From Octopus sinensis (Eukaryota): DNA of 64,000 bases. The notes beneath the pieces were generated by a model that was not told where the DNA came from, made no database searches, and worked only from the letters and a program-made list of their open reading frames with translations. Position 1 is the first letter of the stretch. Every line of letters begins with the position of its first letter. Position numbers and translations under genes: made by a program. This document shows positions 53,811 to 64,000 of the stretch, piece after piece. Location: assembly GCF_006345805.1 (NCBI RefSeq), contig NC_043013.1, forward strand, positions 58,156,001 to 58,220,000, read 5' to 3'.

Positions 53811-54163
53811 TGAATCCTTGGCATCGTGTTTTTATTCTGATTAATTTATATATATATATATATATATATGTTGTGTGTATATATACATATAATATATATA
53901 TGTGTATATATAATATATTATATATATATATAGTGTGTGGTATATATAATATATGTGTGTATATATATTATATATGTATATATATTATATATATGTGTGT
54001 GTGTGTGGTGTATGTACATATATATATATATGTGTGTATATATAATATATATATATATGTGTGTGTATATATATATATAGATATATATATGTGGTGTGTG
54101 TATATATATATATATATATGTATATGTATGTATGTATATATATACATATATATTGTATGTATG

Positions 54164-54210
<47 letters not shown>

Positions 54211-54567
54211 ATATATATATATGTATGTGTGTATATGTTATATATATATATGTATGTATGTATATGTATATATATATATATGTATGTATATATATGAATA
54301 TGTATATATATGTATATATATGTATATGTATATATATATATATGTATATATATTGATGTTATATAAATATATATATATATGTATATGTATATATATGTAT
54401 ATATATATATGTATATATATTGATGTATATATAAATATATTATATAGTATATTATATATATGTTATATATAGTAATATATATATATGTATATATATATAT
54501 GTATATATAAATAAATATATATATGTATATATATATATGTATATATATATATATGTATATATATATA

Positions 54568-55250
54568 TCCCCTACTCCCCTTCCCTTCTTCCCTCTTTCT
54601 CCATTCTTCCTCTTTCTCCCTCCATCCTTCCCTCTTCCCCTTCCCTCTGCTCCCTCACTCCCCTTCTCTCTCCCCCTCTCCCTCTTTCCTCCTTCCTCCT
54701 CCTCCTCTTCTCCTTCCCTCCTTCCCTCTTCACCTTCCCCCTGCTCCCTCACTCCCCTTCTCTCTCCCCCTCTCCCTCTTTCCTCCTTCCTCCTCCCCCC
54801 TACCTCCCCCTCCCCCCTTCCCCTCCCCCTCTTCTCCTCTCACCACACTACACCACACGACTTTACACATCACATCATATATACATACACACGTCCAGAC
54901 CTCTCATACGCACTAACTAATACTCTCTCATACACACACACCACACACACTTTTGTTGGAGTAGGTCATTCAACCCTATTATCTCCCCTAATTTCACTCT
55001 CGCGTCTCATGTTTGATCTTTGACTTCTGGCCGAAATCAGATCGCCATGTTGATTCGTTAGTTACTGTACGCATATTTTTTCTCTCCTTCTTTCTGTGTT
55101 TTTTGTCTCTGTGTATCTTTCTGTTGAAGAGCGTAGGCTCGAAACGTTAAAGACTTGTTTTATTTATATTTCCTGAGCGCCATACTAATACAATTGTTTG
55201 TTTGTTTTCCACCTGCCTTCGTCTTTTGTCTATTTTCATAAAGCTTCCCT
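54568..55250 (+). mobile_element. Solo 3' end / pseudo-LTR of the same PLE family as 44155-46402
   Basis: Close match to about 45670-46402, including the CT-rich tract and the motif CTGTTGAaGAGCGTAGGCTCGAAACGTTAAAGA at 55116-55153. Confidence 0.9.
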
Positions 55251-55498
55251 ATATATATGTATATATTTATATATATATGTATGTATATATGTATGTATGT
55301 ATATATATATACGTATGATATATGTTGTATATATATATGTATGTAATATATGTAATGTATATATATATATATATATTATATATATATATATGTGTGTTAT
55401 GTATATATATATGTATGTATAATATATGTATTATATATATATATATGTTATATATATATATATGTATATATAATATATATTTGTATATATATATATAT

Positions 55499-55609
<111 letters not shown>

Positions 55610-55675
55610 ATATATATATATACTTGTATATATATATATATATTTGTATATGTATATATATATATATTGTATATA

Positions 55676-58250
55676 CTCTTTACTCTTACTCTTTTACTTG
55701 TTTCAGTCATTTTGACAGCGGCCATGCTGGAGCACCGCCTTAGTCGAGCAAATCGACCCCAGGACTTATTCTTTGTAAGCCCAGTACTTATTCTATCGGT
55801 CTCTTTTGCCAAACCGCTAAGTGACGGGGACATAAACACACCAGCATCTGTTGTCAAGCAATGATAGGGGGACAAACACAGCAGACACAGAAAGACACAC
55901 ATACATATATATATATATATATACATATATACGACGGGCTTCTCTCAGTTTCCGTTTACCAAATCCACTCACAAGGCATTGGTCGGCTCGGGGCTATAGC
56001 AGAAGACACTCGCCCAAGATGCCACGCAGTGGGACTGAACCCGGGACCATGGTTGGTTAGGTTAGCAAGCTACTTTATTTCAAAACATTTGCCATAAAGG
56101 CAGTACACAGATTAAGTTAGCTTTGCGGCTGGACGAGGACATTAATGAAGTGAATGATAATGAAGAAAGATGATAAGGATGGGAGAAGACAAAAAGCGCC
56201 CGCCGACTTTCGCTTCTCTAAAACATTGTTCTTTTTAAAGATAAACACAAAACGAGGTATTAAACCTCTTACAATTTTTCCAATTTTTGGACTTAGCAGT
56301 CCATTATTACAAAACGAGGTAGTAAACCTCTTACAATTTTTCAATTTTTGAACTTAGCAGTCCATTACTAATAATAACAGTTCAATAATTACATATTGTC
56401 CCTCCACCATCAACCACGCCTCCATCAGAACGTAATCAAGTTCCGAGTTTGCGTCGCCCGGGACCAAGTTATAATCTTCATTGAGATCCTTTAGCCCAAG
56501 CGTCACGTCGAACGCCACGGCCTCCACAGCTACCTGCGGAGGCCATTCGGGGTCCTGGGTGAAGGCTAAAGGTGCTCCCTTGTGGTGCTCTTCCATCACC
56601 TTTTCAATTTCACCTCCTCTATAGAAGAGGACCAATACGTTCAGTTCTTTCGTTGGCGGCACAGTTCCCGCCAACGGTATTCCTTCTCTTGTCGGTGGCA
56701 CAACCCCAACCGACGTAGTTCCGGGATATTCCGGTGCTATGTCACTGACAGCCGGCAATGTCCCGTTTTTCTTCCTCTTTTTCTTTTTTTTCCCTTTTCA
56801 ACTGAGGGAGGGTGCGTCTACTCCATGGCCGAAGATTCGCCTTCCTCTCCTCATCCCTATTATCCTTTGGTGAGCACCCATTGTGCTCACCTTCCTCTTT
56901 CGGCCTCGTTTGAGGAGTCCCTGCTTTCTCGGCCGTTATCATTCATCCCTCCTCTAGAGGGGTTTTTATTTTTGTTCCCGGGGACAGTTCTTCTTTATGT
57001 GGCCGGACTCCAAGCACCGATGACACTTAGGGAGGCGACCCTCAAGCATCACACGGGTACCTGCACCCGGCCATTTTCAAAAAATCTGGAAGAACCAGAT
57101 TGGCTGATTGGGTCCACAGGGTCAAAATTGCTTTTGACCCAACCCAAGCAGCCGCAGGAAGAACTTTTACATTAGGGAACTTAGTTTCGCTGCCACCCAG
57201 ACCCCGCGGATAGTCTCCTCTATCCACTCGGGTTCTATGTCGGGTGGCAGCCCGCAAATCCAAGCTTTCATCAATTTCTTTTTTTTGTACGTGGGCAGGA
57301 ATAAGATTTCCTTACCCTCCAGGGTTTTGCTAGCAAATTTGCAAGCCTCTTCAGGGGTGTCAAATAGCAACCACACCGTCATAATTTGACACCGTGGAAA
57401 TGAATTCAATTGTTGGCAAATACTCTTCCAACTCCTTTTCAATTGCCGTCTTTTCGAATAGGGCGATGGTGTCGAGTGCCTTGGAGTAGGTTCTCATACC
57501 ACCGTCCTATCTTCATCTTCACGGTCTTTTAACCACTTTTTAGGCGGTATGATCTCCCCTTTCCAAAAGTTTGTTATGTTTCATTGCCATGTTTTTTTTT
57601 GTTTTTTTTTTTTTTTTTAAATGTATTCAAAATAAAATTAAAAAACGAGAAGAAAAGGAAATCAGAAGAAAGTCACGATGAATAAGGGAGAAAGTCAAAT
57701 AAAGTTAAAAAGAAAGTCAATAACACAGCAAAAACCTTCTGGCCATTCGGTACTCCCGGCCTACGTTGAACCCGGAACGCCGCAACTGGAACACAACTTC
57801 CGCAAAAATTGGTGTAAAATTGGTAAAAATTGTTCAAAATTCGGAGGCAAAACACTCTCCTATATAACAGTTTTCACAATTCTTAAAGTTCGTCACAGCA
57901 CAATACAATTCTCATAATTAGGCGAGAAAAATATTCACTCAATTTATCGAAGACGGATACGCCCCCCAAAAATTTTCACAATTCAGCGAGAAAAATATAT
58001 TTGCCACATGTCGGCAGAATCAGAATTCTGAATCCAGTAGGACTTCCTGCCTGTAAAAAACAATCCTCAACAAAAACTCCCACTGGACCCAGAAAACAGA
58101 ATCTTCTTACCTACATGGGGCTTCCAAAATTTTCAATTCAAGACGGCTTCAAAAGCACGTCTTCACCGCTTCAGTGCCAAACACAACACTGACGCACATG
58201 CGCGAAGCAACTGTTAGCAAGCTACTTACCACACAGCCACTCCTACGTCT
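55676..58250 (-). mobile_element. SINE family B split by a nested insertion (55676-56075 and 58213-58250)
   Basis: The sequence resumes exactly (accacacagccactcct) after the duplicated 15-mer; compare the intact copy at 28874-29285. Confidence 0.9.
56076..58212 (-). mobile_element. ORF1-only non-LTR retroelement (HAL1-like) with 15-bp TSD
   Basis: TSD GTTAGCAAGCTACTT at 56061-75 and 58213-27. A frameshifted ORF runs about 57590 to 56354 with WLLFDTPEEACKFASKTL..WICGLPPDIEPEWI and the zinc knuckle EGRLPKCHRCLESGHIKKNCP. No EN or RT motifs. Confidence 0.85.
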
Positions 58251-58424
58251 AAATAATATATATATATTGTATATATATATATATTTGTATATGTATATAT
58301 ATGTATATATATATTTTATATTATATATAGGTATATATATATATATTTGTATATGTATATATATATATATATATATATAATGTAAATATATATATATATT
58401 ACATATGTATTATATATATATTTG

Positions 58425-58456
<32 letters not shown>

Positions 58457-58457
58457 G

Positions 58458-58495
<38 letters not shown>

Positions 58496-58497
58496 TG

Positions 58498-58539
<42 letters not shown>

Positions 58540-58545
58540 TATGTG

Positions 58546-58579
<34 letters not shown>

Positions 58580-58655
58580 ATATATATAATATGTATATAT
58601 ATGTATATATATATTATATATCTTTGTATATATATATGTGTATGATATATATATG

Positions 58656-58728
<73 letters not shown>

Positions 58729-58766
58729 TGTGTGTATATATATATATATATATATGTATATACATA

Positions 58767-58814
<48 letters not shown>

Positions 58815-58816
<2 letters not shown>

Positions 58817-59604
58817 CCCTGAGTCAAAATCAGTGCGTGACCTGGGCATTGAAATGAGCAATGATGCATCTTTCCAAATGCATATTGCTAATCTGGTGAT
58901 AAAATGCAGACGGCTAGCTGGATGGATTCTCCGAACTTTCAGAACAAGAGAGAAGGAGACACTGATGGTCCTATGGAAAACATTCGTCCACAGCCGCTTG
59001 GACTACTCCTCCCAACTTTGGTCACCACACAATATAAAACTAACAGCAGAACTCGAAGCAATTCAGAGAAGCTACACAAAGAAAATCGTCTCAATGCAAA
59101 ATATCAGCTACTGGGAAAGACTGAAGGTATTAAACCTCTTCTCCCTAGAGCGGAGGCGGGAGAGATATGCGGTGATATGCATCTGGAAAATCATGGAGGG
59201 TCTTGTCCCAAACTTTGGCATTCAAAGTTACTCCAACAGCAGAACGGGGCGCCACTGCATGGTGCCAAGGATTCCAACATCACCATCAAAATACAGGTCC
59301 AGATACTGCAACAGCTTGGATTTCAGAGGACCACAGCTCTTTAATATCCTCCCTAAATGCCTGAGAGACTTACATGGTGTGGATGTGGGTTTCTTTAAAA
59401 CTAAACTGGATCTCTTTTGTTGGGAGTCCCAGATGAACCTACCTCACGACAGGAGACGCGGATGCGGGCAGCAGCATCGAACTCCCTTGTTGATCAAGTG
59501 CCACGTATCAGAGGTGGATTCACAAACTAGTGTAGCTCATTCAGCGGTGGTGCCCCAGCATGGCCGCGGCCTTCGGGCTAAAACATTTTTAAGGATTTAA
59601 GGAT
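58815..59604 (+). mobile_element. CR1/L2-group LINE 3' end (RT C-terminus and tail)
   Basis: [65 protein letters not shown]; tail aaggatttaaggat. Confidence 0.93.
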
Positions 59605-59665
59605 ATATATGTATATATATATATATGTATATATATGTATATATATATATATATGTATATATATG

Positions 59666-59700
<35 letters not shown>

Positions 59701-59711
59701 GTATATATATA

Positions 59712-59850
59712 TGCCAGTAGCGCAGGGCCTGGAACTTACCTGCATTAAAATGCATGTTGTTGTCCTCAGCCCATTTGTATATTGTGTCCAATTCTTGTTG
59801 CAGATGCGCAATATTTTCAGGGTTTTTTATTGCGTGGGAGACTTTTGTGC
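59712..59850 (-). mobile_element. CR1/L2-group RT fragment that belongs immediately upstream of 58815, but is inverted and displaced
   Basis: [46 protein letters not shown]. Confidence 0.88.
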
Positions 59851-60283
59851 CCCAGGGGTGTTTGTCTCCCCTTCGTATATGTATATAAGGACACAGTGAG
59901 AAAATGTGTCAAAGCTATCAGGAGGCGTTCGATGCTTCCTAGGTCTATACAGCGGTGGTGTACCCCCTACTGTTACGTTCTTGTTAGAGTGACAGTATAC
60001 AACCATTCCATATATATATGTATTATATATGTGTATATATATATATGTAATATATATATATATACATCTGTATATATATATATGTTATATATATGTATAT
60101 ATATATATATATATACATATGTATATATATATATGTATATATATATGTATATATATATACATATGTATGTATATATATATGTATATATATACATATGTAT
60201 GTATATATATATGTATATATATATGTATATATACATATATATGTATATATATATGTATATATATATATGTATATACATATATA

Positions 60284-60314
<31 letters not shown>

Positions 60315-61313
60315 GTATATATATGTATATATATATATATGTATATATACATATGTTTGTATATGTATGTATACAGAGAGAGAGAGAGAGAAAGAGGTAG
60401 GTGGGTGGGTAGATAGATAGATAGGTAAGCAAATATATATATATATCTGTATATGCAGGCACAACCTCATAATCGAGTGTATAAGTATTCGTCATAACGT
60501 AGCGCCAGAATCTCGACGTTTCCCTTGCTATTACAACAAGGAGCAGTGTTAATGCAGCACACTGCATAATACAAATTAAAAGTTACAGAGGAAGAGTCTA
60601 TTTCACATCACATTTATTCTCTACAGAAATCTTCAAGTGTAGGAGTCAATTATATTACATACCTAAACGATACAAAAAATGACACGACAGAAATTGCATG
60701 TATGTGTCACAGGCACAAATTAATACTTTAAATGTTGACATACACATTAAACACCCCCCAAAAATTAACGATGTGAGTATGAAGCTCTAGAAACAGGGAT
60801 GATGACTTTCGAAAATTTACTTCTCCGAACACCTGCGAAAATATAATTATATTATTGCGGAAATAAAAGAAAAATATATATATATATATATATAAAATTC
60901 AGAGAACACTTAAGTTTTAAAATTCTTATGCTGTGTATGTAAATTCATAATATGTGTGTGTGTGTGTGTGTTTGAATGTATTTATGTATGCTTACATGCG
61001 TGTATATATGTTTGTATGTGTATATATAGTGTGTATGTGCATGTGGGAGTGAGTGTGTTAGTGTGTGTATGTATGTGTGTGTTTGTACTAGGGTTAACTA
61101 CTTATAATGTTAATTTGAAATAAACTTTATAAATAGTGGTACAAATAGGTTGGGAAATAATGGTTAGTGTCAAACTTAGAACATTTCTCATGACTGAGAT
61201 TTGAGGTCTTCTCCATCATGTCGTATTATATCACATTACTCTAGACGCATTCATTCACAAAAAGAGATACACCCACACACCGCTCAAACAGAGACACAAA
61301 CACACACACACAC

Positions 61314-61351
<38 letters not shown>

Positions 61352-61503
61352 TTATATATGTATATATATATAATAAAAAAGAGGTAAATAATTTTTCCGT
61401 GGTTTTTATACAACCAACAAATATTTACAGGTAAATTTCGGTATGTAAATATGACTTTTAGCGTCAGGAACTTCTGTAGAGTTCAGTATATATAATAAAT
61501 ATA

Positions 61504-61864
61504 ATTAAAAGGGCAGGCAACAGGTTGCTCCGCCGCATACCGAAGGAATTAGAAATGGCAGTCAAGGACTGTTTATTTCCATTTTCTACAAGTGGAGGTT
61601 CCATATACGACAAACCCTGCGATTCACATACGCAAAATCGGAGTAGTAAATAAACGAAAACAATCTCTTACCGTTAATGATGAACATGTTTCTAGATTGT
61701 AGGCTTAAATTGCCTAATTTCTTTCGTCAACACCATATTCGATAGATTTATCAAATGCCACCAGCCTCCACCTCTGACCAGGCGACATCAGATAGTGGGG
61801 GGAAGTGTGCAAATGTTAATTCCTTCGGTATGCGGCGAAGCAACCTGTTGCCTGCTCTTTTAAT
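61504..61864. mobile_element. MITE-like element with 48-bp TIRs in TA context
   Basis: 61504-61551 attaaaagggcaggcaacaggttgctccgccgcataccgaaggaatta matches the reverse complement of 61817-61864 with 2 mismatches. Confidence 0.8.
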
Positions 61865-61888
61865 ATATATATATATATATGTAGATTT

Positions 61889-61927
<39 letters not shown>

Positions 61928-62266
61928 GTCACACGCACACACGTATAGAATGACACTTCCCTGCGCACAATACGTCTTTCTCTCTTCATACTTCCTCTAC
62001 ACTACCTTACTCCTGGTCCGTTTTATCTTTCCAAACCACTTTCCTCTTTCACCTTTTCTTTAATTTTTCTTCCATACTTCTTGTGATGTAGAAGTAGCGT
62101 CCGAAGCGTTAACGGTCTCTTCATTCCATACAAATGTTACCCCGCATCAAAATTTATTAAAACTTGTTGAATTCTCCCTTTTTGTTTTGTCCATTGCGTT
62201 CGCTGTGAAACTATGTGTGTGTGTGTACGTATACATACACTCACACACACACACACACACACACAC

Positions 62267-62317
<51 letters not shown>

Positions 62318-62499
62318 GTTAGCTCATTACAGTTGTTTCTTACGTAACATTTTTGTAGAAGAATGAGAATATTGCATTATTATAGAGTACCGTAATAACC
62401 AGATGAGAAGTAATTTTACAAAAGAAATTAATATCCCCAGAATACAACTGGAATGTGTCTGTCGAGGCCAACTAAGAATGGGAGAATGACCAAATATAT

Positions 62500-63460
62500 T
62501 GGTTGATTAGGTTAAGAATGTAGTTCTTGAAAGTGTGTAATTTGAAGTTTAATGTCAGTGATTTGGGTTAGAAGGAGTCTGCTCGACTAGGTCATGGGTA
62601 GACTGGATTGGGTTGTAGGATATTAAAGTAGGCTATGAGTAGTGGTAAGTAAAGAGCGGTCATAAAAAATTAAGGATAAGGCAAAAAAGAAAGTAAATAA
62701 ATCAAACGTAAGAATGAAGGGAAAATAAAAAATAAAATAGAAATAAAAAGCGTAGGAGCCTATCAGGTATCGGGTCGAGGTATAGGAATCTCTAGCTAAT
62801 GGTAAAAGACCAAGGGAAGGGGATATTCAGTGGATATTGGTCGGAAGAAATACGGAGAGTACGAAGGCCATCAAATAAGATCAAACTTTATGGAATTAAA
62901 ATTAGAGTGCTGCCTATCAATAAGGATTTTTAGAGCAAATGGTAGATCGGAAACCAGGAAGGCCAGCAGTACGGAGTAGTCTAATGATTAGCTATGAAAT
63001 GTTAAACGGGTGGCGATGATATCAAAATTGGAGATATAAACATCTTTGTGTGAAACAGATGAAGCAATTGAAAACAATAGACGCGGGTAAGAGGTTTGGA
63101 CAGTGTGTTCCATCTACTATTTAACAAGCGCTGCTCAAAACCGTATGTTGGTGTAAGGAGTACATTAGTAGTAGAAATGGCAAAGAACTGCCTAGGGTGT
63201 GCAGGCTGCTACTAGAAGTGAAGTATCACTGTTATCGGTATTGCCTAATACCGGGTACATCACAGAAAGAATGGTTCGTTCCTTCAATATAGCAGAGCAA
63301 GCAAGTATAGTAAGAGATGTTAAAAGGTATTGGCAAAGGGAAAATGAGACTAGGAGGGCTAAGAAACGAATAGGTAGACTGATAGGTGAAGGGGTCGGTG
63401 AAAGAGGGAATAAATTGGATTGAACCTGGATTGGAGGCTATCATAGAAATCGTTTAATGT
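62500..63460 (-). mobile_element. Decayed Penelope-like element 3' region
   Basis: Minus-strand ORF SNPGS..ISYYTCLLCYIEGT resembles the linker and GIY-YIG region of the 44-45 kb element; many stops. Confidence 0.5.
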
Positions 63461-63480
63461 CCTTAATGTATTTGAACGTG

Positions 63481-63511
<31 letters not shown>

Positions 63512-63513
63512 AT

Positions 63514-63551
<38 letters not shown>

Positions 63552-63599
63552 TATATATTATATATATATATAATATATATAATTTATATATATATAATT

Positions 63600-63760
63600 T
63601 ATAGAAAAACAAAGGCGAATCAGGTATATGAACAACAAGCATGTTTGACGGTCGGGAAAATGAAATATCTGTTACGTTTCGACCCTACGCTCTTTAACAG
63701 AAAAGGATAAGTGGAAATAAACAGAGAGAGAATGAAAAAAAACTTGTAGATTTCAGAGGT
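63600..63760 (-). mobile_element. Diverged PLE pseudo-LTR related to 46200-46400
   Basis: Minus strand at 63668-63705 reads ttttCTGTTAAaGAGCGTAGGGTCGAAACGTAacaga. Confidence 0.65.
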
Positions 63761-64000
63761 CCAGCATGGCGAACATATATATATATATATATCACCTGGA
63801 TCGGCCAGGCTGTCCGGTGACGAATCGGCTCCGCTGACCAGGTGTCTGGACAGGATTTCTATGCTAATCCAAGATTGTATCAGTTCCACTTGCCAGGACA
63901 GATCGTCGTGATGCTGAACAGAAATACAGACAGCATAGAACAGATTAGAACAGAAGAAGACGCAACAGATCGTCCAACTATCTCAAGCAAGTGACAAAGA

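Larger units (their letters stand above)
50230..53848 (+). mobile_element. Penelope-like element: GIY-YIG C-terminus plus 3' pseudo-LTR, with a ~1 kb inverted pseudo-LTR at its 5' end
   Basis: 50386-51393 is the reverse complement of 52854-53848. The spacer ORF 51425-51775 reads TYIGCSTSWKSRYYNH..STSLSKKIWELKD..RWSII..CRLCCVE..LINKRSEL..CIH. Confidence 0.9.

Noticed and set aside
60500-60550. Minus-strand CCTTG..CAAGG hairpin followed by GAAACGTC
   Set aside because: No CUGANGA box upstream.

Overview
AT-rich eukaryotic DNA dominated by repeats, with no convincing host protein-coding exon; most long ORFs in the track are translations of (TA)n, (CA)n or (ATT)n microsatellites. The SINE families and microsatellite load look like an octopus (cephalopod) genome, which is an inference from memory and not a database result. 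The window holds: (i) several Penelope-like element (PLE) families, including a 5'-truncated RT + GIY-YIG copy (44155-46402), a GIY-YIG copy with a ~1 kb inverted pseudo-LTR (50230-53848) and decayed copies; (ii) at least four hammerhead-ribozyme (HHR) motif families, including a non-coding 566-bp HHR-containing unit in tandem plus inverted arrangement (20134-21992) that resembles a retrozyme; (iii) a 2.1 kb ORF1-only (zinc-knuckle) retroelement with a 15-bp TSD nested in a SINE (56076-58212); (iv) RTE, CR1-like and R4/Dong-like LINE fragments, two with inverted architecture; (v) two tRNA-derived SINE families; (vi) Tc1/mariner remnants and several MITE-like palindromes. All alignments and folds were done by eye, so boundaries are approximate to a few bases unless stated.
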